A stretch of 54,993 nt of DNA from a virus (Duplodnaviria; Heunggongvirae; Uroviricota; Caudoviricetes): IMG/VR virus record IMGVR_UViG_2923302340_000009, positions 1 to 54,993 of that record. One strand, written 5' to 3'. Below, piece after piece: positions 42,687 to 51,869 of the stretch. How positions within the stretch are numbered: position 1 is the first letter of the stretch; every line of letters begins with the position of its first letter. Below the pieces are notes generated by a model, which did not search any database, was not told where the DNA came from, and saw only the letters and a list, made by a program, of their open reading frames with translations. The translations under genes were made by a program, and so were the position numbers.

Positions 42687-43141
42687 TACGCCTCCTGCTT
42701 GTCGCGCAGCAGCTGGAACTCGCAGCTCTGCGGAATAGTCAGGTGGCAGCCAATATTCATCGCCCAGGCTTCAACCTTACACAGGAAGACATACATCTCT
42801 CCGGTATCAAGATCGGAGGTATGGCGTAACGACTGGATAGTAGTGATTTCGCCGGTTACGACATCAACCAGGTCCTTGGTTTCATAACCGAGGTATGTGT
42901 GTTTGAGAGCATCTTTTACCCAAGCTGGAGTAGCAAACGTTTTACCCCTGCTGATGAGGTACTCACTAATTTCGCTGTACCACATGTGGCTAAGTGCATT
43001 CTGGGAAAGACTGCGTCTCTTGCGCCACGGTTTAAGCACCATGCGAAAGCATTTGCCTTCCTCCAGATAAGGCTGGATCTGCTGGCCGATAGCGGTGAAG
43101 TTGCCGCGATGTAATTTGATGCCGTCTTGTGAGAGGTTCAC
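42686..43141 (-). CDS. ybcN: YbcN-like protein (DUF1367)
   Basis: 151 aa, matches DLP12 YbcN. Confidence 0.8.
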
Positions 43142-43328
43142 GCTTCACCTCCGCAGAGGTCAAACGCTAGATGCAAAGAATTGCAGGTGCATTTCTGCAT
43201 CTGTGAAGGGAGAAGAGAGTTTGGATTGTATGTGCGCATAAACGTCCCCGTTTAGCGCAGAAGTCACCGGAGTTGTTCAGGCTCCGATGACATGATTATG
43301 GCTAATAGCTTAGTTTTTATCAATTGTA

Positions 43329-44639
43329 CTATGGATTAGAGAGTGAATCTGGATGTGGTATTTCAGCCATGACCTCCTCTGCATCACAGTTGTCGATAAA
43401 AAAGTATAAAGTTGAGTCAACAATTTTTAAACGCCTGGTACCTTGATCATAATCGAATAATGGCGGAACGATATTCTGATTTGTTTGAAGTATAGGCAAT
43501 CGCTTCAGTGTCCCTGTTACATCAGAAGTTCTGACGTTATCAGGATGAGTATGTATTTCTTTAATAAGTTCCTGTAGAGTCTTTCTCTCAATCCCATCCT
43601 TGAGCTCAGAATAAGTTCTACTTAACAGAACTTGAACTAAATAATACTGAAGATACAAAGCCACAGCCTCTTCACTTGGCCTGCGACTTCGACTCCCTGC
43701 GGCAATTGACTCAAGACTACGGACATGTCTTGACGAATAATCTGCAACCTTAACGTCAATTGCTCTTTGTAGAACGGCCATATCACTCAAATAAACTACT
43801 TCTTGTTGGACCATTCGTATTCCTGACAATTCACAAAGTTGCTTAAGAAGCTCTTGCACTACTGCAACACTTCCATGGGCCTCTTCAAATATACGCTCTT
43901 TAATTTGCTCTGAAATAGATATATTTAAACACTGCTCGCCAACTGTAGCGATTCTTGAAAAGTCACCTTTATCCCATGGCTCAACAGGAACCTCAGCCAT
44001 ACGGTCCTGTAAGTCGCCATTAAACTGAATAAGACGATTATTTTCTCTCCATACTCCGAGTATGATAAATCTAATACCCATTTCTTCAAATGTACGAAGA
44101 TCAAATGCCAACTGTCCTTGAACTTCAACAGAGAGATAATGAAAGTTTTCGAGAACGAAGAACTTATCCTTCCCGCCAACATTAATCAATAATTCTCCTA
44201 CATCTTGTGCCGCCGTCAAGTTGAACTCAATCGGCCTAGATTTTGTTTCTGTATTTTTGGATATCGTCCCTTCAACCCCCGCCTCTACTTCAGTTTTTGC
44301 TAAAAATGGCAGGATGGCAGAAAAAGTGCTTTTTAAAGACGCTGAAGCCTCCTTAGAGTTACCTGTTGTTCTCTCGGTAATAATTTCCACTCCAAAGTGA
44401 CGTAAAAATGTACGATAGATATCTTCCGCAGAATTGGTGGGACCACAATGATATGTAACCCTGCTGTTTTCATCTAAATGGCGCTGAAGTAAGGCTGTTT
44501 TCCCTTGTTTTGATGAGCCATAAATCACGATCTGCTTCGTCGTTGCAAGTGCATCAGCAAGTGCCTGATCGACCTTTTCACGTTCAATATAGCTGGCTAC
44601 CGGATCTCTTGATACTCCGAATACATTATTTAGATGCAT
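43329..44639 (-). CDS. P-loop NTPase (AAA-like ATPase) of unknown function; nin-region moron
   Basis: Walker A GSSKQGKT, Walker B-like FFVLENF; AT-rich gene flanked by AT-rich DNA. Confidence 0.6.
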   Translation of the reverse strand: MHLNNVFGVSRDPVASYIEREKVDQALADALATTKQIVIYGSSKQGKTALLQRHLDENSRVTYHCGPTNSAEDIYRTFLRHFGVEIITERTTGNSKEASASLKSTFSAILPFLAKTEVEAGVEGTISKNTETKSRPIEFNLTAAQDVGELLINVGGKDKFFVLENFHYLSVEVQGQLAFDLRTFEEMGIRFIILGVWRENNRLIQFNGDLQDRMAEVPVEPWDKGDFSRIATVGEQCLNISISEQIKERIFEEAHGSVAVVQELLKQLCELSGIRMVQQEVVYLSDMAVLQRAIDVKVADYSSRHVRSLESIAAGSRSRRPSEEAVALYLQYYLVQVLLSRTYSELKDGIERKTLQELIKEIHTHPDNVRTSDVTGTLKRLPILQTNQNIVPPLFDYDQGTRRLKIVDSTLYFFIDNCDAEEVMAEIPHPDSLSNP

Positions 44640-44825
44640 GGTTCATTTCCTTGTTATAAAAGAAAAATCTTAGCATATTAATACATTAATAACTTCCGCC
44701 CCTTGTTTAACTGTACAATTAATAGACTTTTATGCCTCCTACCCAATGACCGGAAGAATATCCGTAATACCTAGCCCCATTTATCACCTTGTCATGAGTT
44801 GAATCCGAGGTCCGTAGCCTCCCTA

Positions 44826-44860
44826 GCAAAATAGCCCTCCATTCGGAAGGGCTATTTTTA
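44826..44860. terminator. bidirectional rho-independent terminator
   Basis: 11-bp stem aaaatagccct / agggctatttt with A-tract before and T-tract after. Confidence 0.55.
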
Positions 44861-45028
44861 GATTGTTATAAATCGAGCAGTTTCCCAATGAGTGGAGAGC
44901 ACTAAAATGTCTAAATAGTCATAAGGGCAATATCCAAAATCTCCAACAACAATTGGTAGTCTTATAAATTACTCAGTTCAACATACGGTAGGTGTGTTTC
45001 TAATTGATGAAGTAGCATGGTGCGTTAT

Positions 45029-45361
45029 TTAATGTAGTGCACTTCGTGACAACAAATTAATCACCAACACACCGGCACAAATCAACATCATGCCTATAAT
45101 GGCTGGCAGGTCCAGCCGTTGGCCGAAAAATCCCCATGACAGTAAGCTAATCAGGACAATCCCGACTCCTGACCAGATAGCATAAGCAATCCCTGTAGGA
45201 ATATAAGCCAGCGTCTGAGCTAATAACCAGAATGATGCACAGTAACAAATAATTGTACCAACAGATGGCCATAACCGTGTAAAACCTTCTGAAAACTTCA
45301 TTAAGGTTGTACCAATGACCTCTGCAAGTATTGCACCACCAAGATAAATATAAGGGTTCAT
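45029..45361 (-). CDS. emrE: small multidrug resistance efflux protein EmrE
   Basis: 110 aa from MNPYIYLGGAILAEVIGTT; near-identical to E. coli EmrE. Confidence 0.92.
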   Translation of the reverse strand: MNPYIYLGGAILAEVIGTTLMKFSEGFTRLWPSVGTIICYCASFWLLAQTLAYIPTGIAYAIWSGVGIVLISLLSWGFFGQRLDLPAIIGMMLICAGVLVINLLSRSALH

Positions 45362-45428
45362 AGCATATTCTTTCCTGTTCAAACTGGAGAGAATTGTACT
45401 ACAGTTTGAACTCAACTCACCTGTTTCA

Positions 45429-45731
45429 TCATTGTGTTCCCATTGATGTTCTTTTATATACCCTCAATACCCGTTTCATCGCGGCACTCTGGCGACACTC
45501 CTTAAAAATCAGATTCGTGCTCACCTTTCCTTCCCGTTCTTCTCTGGTAGCGAACCGGTAATACACCGTTCGCCAGACCTTACCATCAACGACCAGGATT
45601 CCTGCCCGCGCCATTTTAGCCGCAGCCTGATTTATGCTGGTTACGGTTGCGCCTGTTACCGCGGCAACGTCCTGTGCACAGAAGCTCTTATGCGTCCCCA
45701 GGTAATGAATAATTGCCTCTTTGCCCGTCAT
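45429..45731 (-). CDS. ren: Ren protein
   Basis: Matches lambda Ren (MTGKEAIIHYLGTH...). Confidence 0.85.
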   Translation of the reverse strand: MTGKEAIIHYLGTHKSFCAQDVAAVTGATVTSINQAAAKMARAGILVVDGKVWRTVYYRFATREEREGKVSTNLIFKECRQSAAMKRVLRVYKRTSMGTQ

Positions 45732-46429
45732 ACACTTGCTCCTTTCAGTCCGAACTTAGCTTTAATTTCTGCGATCTTCGCCAGAGCCTGTGCACGATTT
45801 AGAGGTCTACCGCCCATAACAGGAAGTTGTTTTACTGGTTCAGGTATCGTCTCACCACGGTTAATTCGCGCTGTCATACAGGTCAGTTCATCGGCAGCCT
45901 TGCGCCGTAATTCCGCGTCAGTCAGCGCATTGGCCCGCATGTTCTGGTACAAGTTGGTAACCAACCAGTAATGCGCGTTCGATTTCCACGGATAAGACTC
46001 TGCATCCGGATACAGGCCACGCTTCCGGCAATACTCGTAAACCATATCAACCAGCTCGCTGACGTTTGGCAGCCCGGCGTTAACAGATGCTTCTTCCCGG
46101 CACCAGGCGACAAACTGCCCGGGTGATGGCAGGAATGGTCGATTCTGCCGACGGGCTACGCGCATTCCAGCGTTAACCTGTTCCATTGTGGTGATCCCGT
46201 TTTCCCGGAAAGCCAGAACCCACTGGCAGCGGATTTCGTTCAGTTCATTCTGGTCACGGTTAGCCAGGCTCGCCGGGAAAGTTGCCAGTAACTGGCTGAA
46301 CACACCGTTGATGATCTGCGCTACCTGCTGTACCTGTGGCTTTTCGTCGTACTGTTCCGGCATGTTGTTGGCGATCCGGCGCATCTGCTCACAGTCAAAG
46401 TTAACCATCTGTGCGGCGATGTTTTTCAT
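45728..46429 (-). CDS. P: replication protein P (helicase loader)
   Basis: 233 aa, matches lambda P. Confidence 0.95.
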   Translation of the reverse strand: MKNIAAQMVNFDCEQMRRIANNMPEQYDEKPQVQQVAQIINGVFSQLLATFPASLANRDQNELNEIRCQWVLAFRENGITTMEQVNAGMRVARRQNRPFLPSPGQFVAWCREEASVNAGLPNVSELVDMVYEYCRKRGLYPDAESYPWKSNAHYWLVTNLYQNMRANALTDAELRRKAADELTCMTARINRGETIPEPVKQLPVMGGRPLNRAQALAKIAEIKAKFGLKGASV

Positions 46430-47355
46430 AGCTCCACCCCGTAAATCCAGTCAGTGTTCGTCAGGTCGAGTTTTGGTTTGCCGGCTGTCACGCCAGCCTG
46501 TTGCTTGTTTCGGTTGATTTCGAGCTGGGTCCACTTGTCGCGGAGTTTGGCCGGACTTAGCACGTTACCGGACCAGAAGTTGTCCTGGCATGCCCAGCGG
46601 AACAGCACGCACATGTCGCGGTGGTTACGTCCGTCACGTTCACGCATCAGGCGGATATCGTTAGCCCACCCTGCAAAATTCGGTTTTCTGGCTGATGGCG
46701 CGATGGTCTTCACCATGTCAAACATCCACTCTGCGGCGGTCAGGTCTTCTGCTGTCCCCCACTTGCTGCCGCTCTGAATTGCAGCATCCGGTTTCACCAC
46801 AGGAAGATCGTTTTCTGGTTGGTCAGAGGATTCGCCAGAATTCTCGGACGAAAAAGGTTTTATATTGTCTTTTGTTAGTTTGTCTTTTGTGTTTACCTGA
46901 TTCGGGTAAACGCCTTTACCTGATTTGGGTAAACTTTTTTTACCTGATTCAGGTAAATTTACCTCTTTCAGGTAAACTTTATTTTTCTTACCTGATTCGG
47001 GTAATGTTGACCATTCACTGACCACATTATTAATGCCGGTATTCCGCCCGCTCTGAATAAAAATCCCACGCTTTACCAGAACACTTTTTGCAGCAGAACA
47101 CTTGTGCGGCAATATCCCGGTTAATTCGGAAAGTTGCTCGTTGCTCACCCAATCCAGTTTTTTATTAAAGCCATATGTTTTGCGCATGACAGCCAGAAAG
47201 ACCAGAAGCTGGTGCTGTGTTAATCCGGCCAGCATCACAGCTTCCAGCAACTCATTTGCAATGCGCGTATAACCATCATCGAGATCTGCCACGCGCGGCT
47301 CCTTTTGTGCCGCATCCGGCACTGGAAAATTGAATATCTCAGCAGTGTTTGCCAT
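46426..47355 (-). CDS. O: replication initiator O
   Basis: C-terminal half matches lambda O, N-terminal domain divergent; start MANTAEIF with SD GGGAGG. Confidence 0.9.
   Translation of the reverse strand: MANTAEIFNFPVPDAAQKEPRVADLDDGYTRIANELLEAVMLAGLTQHQLLVFLAVMRKTYGFNKKLDWVSNEQLSELTGILPHKCSAAKSVLVKRGIFIQSGRNTGINNVVSEWSTLPESGKKNKVYLKEVNLPESGKKSLPKSGKGVYPNQVNTKDKLTKDNIKPFSSENSGESSDQPENDLPVVKPDAAIQSGSKWGTAEDLTAAEWMFDMVKTIAPSARKPNFAGWANDIRLMRERDGRNHRDMCVLFRWACQDNFWSGNVLSPAKLRDKWTQLEINRNKQQAGVTAGKPKLDLTNTDWIYGVEL
46893..47004. repeat. ori iterons inside O gene (about 5 copies of ttacctgattcgggtaa-like palindromic repeat)
   Basis: Repeats tacctgattcgggtaaa, tacctgatttgggtaaa, tacctgattcaggtaaa, cctctttcaggtaaa, tacctgattcgggtaat within the O coding region. 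Confidence 0.75.
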
Positions 47356-47441
47356 AATTCCTCCCGCAATGAGTGTGTTACGATTTGCACCTGAAAGTCG
47401 GTTCTGTTCCAGCAGACCGGCTTTCGCCATTTCTGAACCTG

Positions 47442-47981
47442 TCATATCGCCCCCAGCATGGTAGTAACCATCGCCATCAATGGACCAGCCAGATCTGGGT
47501 CCACACGAAACATCGACACAATACCTTCACTAATTTCCTTCAGTTTCTGGTGGCGTGGTGCGTTGAGAATGACAGCCTGTTTTGCCTCACTGAGTTCCTT
47601 TTCCATTTCAGCCAACCTAGCCATGAAGCTATCCTGCTCAACCAGGTAACCGCGATATTCCAGCGGTAGTACCGCCAGAATTGCCGGGGTCAGTTCACGC
47701 ACGTTATTTCGGTATTTTTCAGAATCGAATTTGTTATCGAGGAAGCGGAACAGCTTCTGGCGTGCACGGCTGACATCATCAGGGAAATCGATGGTGCCGC
47801 CGCCCTGCTCCCGATACTCATTCACAATGAGTGTGGCAACGACATCCTGATTATCTACAGCCGACCAGGCGCGGACGGCATCACGGATTTTTTCGTGGCC
47901 TGGCACCTGTTTTGTTTGAGAACGATTTATCACCGCAGTCGGGCTAAATCCGCTAGTCTGTTGGTATGTAAGTGGTTGCAT
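47442..47981 (-). CDS. YdaT-like protein (cII position)
   Basis: 179 aa; EYREQGGG...LTPAILAVLPLEYRGYL pattern resembles Rac-prophage YdaT family. Confidence 0.5.
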   Translation of the reverse strand: MQPLTYQQTSGFSPTAVINRSQTKQVPGHEKIRDAVRAWSAVDNQDVVATLIVNEYREQGGGTIDFPDDVSRARQKLFRFLDNKFDSEKYRNNVRELTPAILAVLPLEYRGYLVEQDSFMARLAEMEKELSEAKQAVILNAPRHQKLKEISEGIVSMFRVDPDLAGPLMAMVTTMLGAI

Positions 47982-48050
47982 AATTGACTCCTTTAGTTTG
48001 AATTGACTGTTAAGTTGATTGCTTATTGTTAAAGAGCGTGAAATGGAAAT

Positions 48051-48281
48051 TTAAGCTGCGTTCTTTTCGGTGTGTGGAAACAACTTCGGAAGATCCGGGC
48101 GAATCTGGTATGCCTTCACTACTCCACCAGTAGCCGTAACAATGCTGCCGACATGTTCAGGGGATACCTTTGCTTTGTTGTGAAGCCACTTATAGACGGC
48201 CTGCTGTGAAACTTCGCAAGCAGCGCCCAGTTTCTTTTGTGAACCAACGATATTGATCGCTGTTTTGATAGCTGGGTTCAT
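48051..48281 (-). CDS. Cro/YdaS-like HTH regulator
   Basis: 76-aa HTH protein divergent from repressor; SD GGAGG. Confidence 0.65.
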   Translation of the reverse strand: MNPAIKTAINIVGSQKKLGAACEVSQQAVYKWLHNKAKVSPEHVGSIVTATGGVVKAYQIRPDLPKLFPHTEKNAA

Positions 48282-48385
48282 AACAACCTCCGTGGTTAAT
48301 TTGAATCAAGATTAAAACTATGGTTGTTTTTAGTCAACAACCATTTTCGCTTGATGGAATAAAACCTTGGTTGTACATTTGGACT
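48282..48385. promoter_or_regulatory. rightward-operator-like region between cro-like and cI-like genes with AACAACCAT half-sites
   Basis: ATGGTTGTT-N7-AACAACCAT perfect inverted repeat plus AACCTTGGTTGT; divergent gene starts on both sides. Confidence 0.6.
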
Positions 48386-49075
48386 ATGAAAACAACACTC
48401 TCAGAAAGACTTAAAGAAGCCAGATTAGCGCGAGGCCTTACACAAAAGGCGCTTGGGGATTTGGTCGGGGTTAGCCAGGCTGCTATTCAGAAAATCGAAA
48501 CAGGGAAAGCTAATCAAACAACTAAAATCGTGGAGATCGCGAACGCTTTGGGTGTGCGCGCAGAATGGTTATCTTCTGGCGTTGGAAATATGTCAGACAG
48601 TACAGTGCAACCAATACAATCAACTGTCAGCCATTCCAAATACTTCAAGATTGACGTTCTTGATATAGAAGTCAGTGCTGGGCCGGGAGTCATCAACCGT
48701 GAGTTTGTAGAAGTTCTACGCTCGGTTGAGTACTCGTTTGACGATGCTCGTCACATGTTCGATGGTAGGAAGGCGGAAAATATCCGCATCATTAACGTGC
48801 GTGGTGACAGCATGTCAGGAACGATCGAACCAGGTGATCTGCTGTTCGTTGATATCACAGTTAAATCTTTCGACGGTGATGGTATCTATGCGTTTCTGTA
48901 CGACGACACAGCCCATGTAAAGCGCCTGCAAATGATGAAGGATAAGCTGCTGGTCATCTCTGATAACAAAAGCTACTCACCGTGGGACCCGATCGAGAAA
49001 GACGAGATGAACCGGGTGTTCATCTTCGGTAAGGTTATTGGGAGCATGCCGCAGACATATAGGAAGCATGGGTAG
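48386..49075 (+). CDS. CI-like repressor (HTH + LexA/S24 peptidase domain)
   Basis: HTH TQKALGDLVGVSQAAIQKIE; S24-like C-terminal domain with Ser (GDSMSG) and Lys (HVKRL); start at internal ATG 48386. Confidence 0.8.
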   Translation: MKTTLSERLKEARLARGLTQKALGDLVGVSQAAIQKIETGKANQTTKIVEIANALGVRAEWLSSGVGNMSDSTVQPIQSTVSHSKYFKIDVLDIEVSAGPGVINREFVEVLRSVEYSFDDARHMFDGRKAENIRIINVRGDSMSGTIEPGDLLFVDITVKSFDGDGIYAFLYDDTAHVKRLQMMKDKLLVISDNKSYSPWDPIEKDEMNRVFIFGKVIGSMPQTYRKHG

Positions 49076-49195
49076 TACCAATTAAAAATTATCAACTGGG
49101 CATTGTGCTCATTCAGTAAAGAACTAATTCCTATCTTTGCTCTAGGTAGTAATATTAAGCCACCGCAATAATATCTTTACCTAACGGCGTAAGAA

Positions 49196-49222
49196 TCCCG
49201 GTCACCGTGCCGGGTTTTCTTT
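49196..49222 (+). terminator. rho-independent terminator downstream of cI-like gene
   Basis: cccgg-tcaccgtg-ccggg hairpin followed by TTTTCTTTT. Confidence 0.5.
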
Positions 49223-49364
49223 TGCCCTCCCCTCATCACACACACCGTTAAAAAAACCACCATAACCTCGCTTCAGTTATCGCTATGCGATTCAAGTCAC
49301 AAAATAAATCCATCCTAAATACAACCAGTTATATCTAAAACAACCAATAAAACAACTTTTGTTG

Positions 49365-49393
49365 TTGACGATAAAACAACCATGGTTTTAAAT
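49365..49393 (+). promoter_or_regulatory. pL-like promoter with operator palindrome in spacer
   Basis: -35 TTGACG, 17-nt spacer containing aaccatggtt, -10 TTAAAT; further AACAACCA half-site upstream. Confidence 0.5.
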
Positions 49394-49586
49394 AAGTTCA
49401 TCGCAACAACACAACGATACGGCAACTACCTGATTCACCGTTGCGATGACCGCTTAGATCCGCAGTTTGAATTTCAGCAGGCTTCGGGGAGTGCGAGGGG
49501 TGAAACGGACGCGTGAACGTCGGTGTGACCAGCTGAAATTAACTCAACATTTCATACCTTAGTCGCTTCAACGAGGCGGCTTAGTT

Positions 49587-49877
49587 ATGACAACCGGCGG
49601 CCATCCACCGCCTGAATACGCGCAGAAGTCTCTATATGTTCAGCAGCCCAGCTTACGGGCAGGAGTTTTTATGGTTCATCAACATTATGGAACGCAGACC
49701 GTTAATCGAGGTGCGGTCATGCCAGGAATGCTGGTCAAACACAAAGATGGTACCTGGACTGCATCAGCTAATTTACGCGGACGGCTTTATCTGCATCGCG
49801 GCATCGAGCGCACTTATACCCGTGATTTGCTCGTGGAAGTTTTTCTCGACGGACGCGGTAACGGCCTGAATCACTAA
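49587..49877 (+). CDS. hypothetical protein occupying the N/early-left position
   Basis: 96-aa ORF, SD-like GAGGCGG; not Arg-rich N-like; lambda homology resumes just after its stop. Confidence 0.45.
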   Translation: MTTGGHPPPEYAQKSLYVQQPSLRAGVFMVHQHYGTQTVNRGAVMPGMLVKHKDGTWTASANLRGRLYLHRGIERTYTRDLLVEVFLDGRGNGLNH

Positions 49878-49952
49878 TCCCCTTTCCTGTTTTCCTAATC
49901 AGCCTGGCATTTCGCGGGCGATATTTTCACAGCCATTTTCAGGAGGTCAGCC

Positions 49953-50249
49953 ATGAACGCTTATTACATTCAGGATCGTCTTGAGGCTCAGAGCTGGGCG
50001 CGTCACTACCAGCAGATCGCCCGTGAAGAGAAAGAGGCAGAACTGGCAGACGACATGGAAAAAGGCCTGCCCCAGCACCTGTTTGAATCGCTATGCATCG
50101 ATCATTTGCAACGCCACGGGGCCAGCAAAAAAGCCATTACCCGTGCGTTTGATGACGATGTTGAGTTTCAGGAGCGCATGGCAGAACACATCCAGTACAT
50201 GGTTGAAACCATTGCTCACCACCAGGTTGATATTGATTCAGAGGTATAA
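49953..50249 (+). CDS. gam: Gam (RecBCD inhibitor, short form)
   Basis: Matches lambda Gam from [21 protein letters not shown]. Confidence 0.95.
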   Translation: MNAYYIQDRLEAQSWARHYQQIAREEKEAELADDMEKGLPQHLFESLCIDHLQRHGASKKAITRAFDDDVEFQERMAEHIQYMVETIAHHQVDIDSEV

Positions 50250-50254
50250 AACGG

Positions 50255-51040
50255 ATGAGTACAGCACTCGCAACGCTGGCAGGGAAGCTGGCTGAACGTG
50301 TCGGCATGGATTCTGTCGACCCACAGGAACTGATCACCACTCTTCGCCAGACGGCATTTAAAGGTGATGCCAGCGATGCGCAGTTCATCGCATTGTTGAT
50401 CGTCGCCAACCAGTACGGCCTTAATCCGTGGACGAAAGAAATTTACGCCTTCCCTGATAAGCAGAACGGCATCGTTCCGGTGGTGGGCGTTGATGGCTGG
50501 TCCCGCATCATCAATGAAAACCAGCAGTTTGATGGCATGGACTTTGAGCAGGACAATGAATCCTGTACATGCCGGATTTACCGCAAGGACCGTAATCATC
50601 CGATCTGCGTTACCGAATGGATGGATGAATGCCGCCGCGAACCATTCAAAACTCGCGAAGGCAGAGAAATCACGGGGCCGTGGCAGTCGCATCCCAAACG
50701 GATGTTACGGCATAAAGCCATGATTCAGTGTGCCCGTCTCGCCTTCGGATTTGCTGGTATCTATGACAAGGATGAAGCCGAGCGCATTGTCGAAAATACC
50801 GCATACACTGCAGAACGTCAGCCGGAACGCGACATCACTCCGGTTAACGATGAAACCATGCAGGAGATTAACACTCTGCTGATCGCCCTGGATAAAACAT
50901 GGGATGACGACTTATTGCCGCTCTGTTCCCAGATATTTCGCCGCGACATTCGCGCATCGTCAGAACTGACACAGGCCGAAGCAGTGAAAGCTCTTGGATT
51001 CCTGAAACAGAAAGCCACTGAGCAGAAGGTGGCAGCATGA
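50255..51040 (+). CDS. bet: Bet (Red beta single-strand annealing protein)
   Basis: 261 aa, essentially identical to lambda Bet. Confidence 0.97.
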   Translation: MSTALATLAGKLAERVGMDSVDPQELITTLRQTAFKGDASDAQFIALLIVANQYGLNPWTKEIYAFPDKQNGIVPVVGVDGWSRIINENQQFDGMDFEQDNESCTCRIYRKDRNHPICVTEWMDECRREPFKTREGREITGPWQSHPKRMLRHKAMIQCARLAFGFAGIYDKDEAERIVENTAYTAERQPERDITPVNDETMQEINTLLIALDKTWDDDLLPLCSQIFRRDIRASSELTQAEAVKALGFLKQKATEQKVAA

Positions 51041-51717
51041 CACCGGACATTATCCTGCAGCGTACCGGGATCGACGTGAGAGCTGTCGAACAGGGGGATG
51101 ATGCGTGGCACAAATTACGGCTCGGCGTCATCACCGCTTCAGAAGTTCACAACGTGATAGCAAAGCCCCGCTCAGGAAAGAAGTGGCCTGACATGAAAAT
51201 GTCCTACTTCCACACCCTGCTGGCTGAGGTTTGCACCGGTGTGACTCCGGAAGTTAATGCTAAGGCGCTGGCCTGGGGAAAACAGTACGAGAACGACGCC
51301 AGAACTCTGTTTGAATTCACTTCCGGCGTGAATGTTACTGAATCCCCGATCATCTATCGCGACGAAAGTATGCGCACCGCCTGCTCTCCCGATGGTTTAT
51401 GCAGTGACGGCAATGGCCTTGAGCTGAAATGCCCGTTTACCTCCCGGGATTTCATGAAGTTCCGGCTCGGTGGTTTCGAGGCCATAAAGTCGGCTTACAT
51501 GGCCCAGGTGCAGTACAGCATGTGGGTGACACGAAAAGATGCCTGGTACTTTGCCAACTATGACCCGCGTATGAAGCGTGAAGGACTGCATTATGTCGTG
51601 GTTGAGCGGGATGAAAAGTACATGGCGAGTTTTGACGAGATGGTGCCGGAGTTCATCGAAAAAATGGACGAGGCACTGGCTGAAATTGGTTTTGTATTTG
51701 GGGAGCAATGGCGATGA
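51037..51717 (+). CDS. exo: Exo (lambda exonuclease)
   Basis: 226 aa, essentially identical to lambda Exo. Confidence 0.97.
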   Translation: MTPDIILQRTGIDVRAVEQGDDAWHKLRLGVITASEVHNVIAKPRSGKKWPDMKMSYFHTLLAEVCTGVTPEVNAKALAWGKQYENDARTLFEFTSGVNVTESPIIYRDESMRTACSPDGLCSDGNGLELKCPFTSRDFMKFRLGGFEAIKSAYMAQVQYSMWVTRKDAWYFANYDPRMKREGLHYVVVERDEKYMASFDEMVPEFIEKMDEALAEIGFVFGEQWR

Positions 51718-51869
51718 CGCATCCTCACGATAATATCCGGGTAGGCGCGATCACTTTCGTCTACTCCATTACAAAGCGAGGCTGGGTATTTCCCGGCCTT
51801 TCTGTTATCAGAAATCCACTGAAAGCACAGCGGCTGGCTGAGAAGATAAATAATAAACAGGAGGATATA
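51714..51869 (+). CDS. small ORF downstream of exo (lambda orf60a-like N-terminus)
   Basis: 51-aa [31 protein letters not shown]...; ATG overlaps exo stop. Confidence 0.45.
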
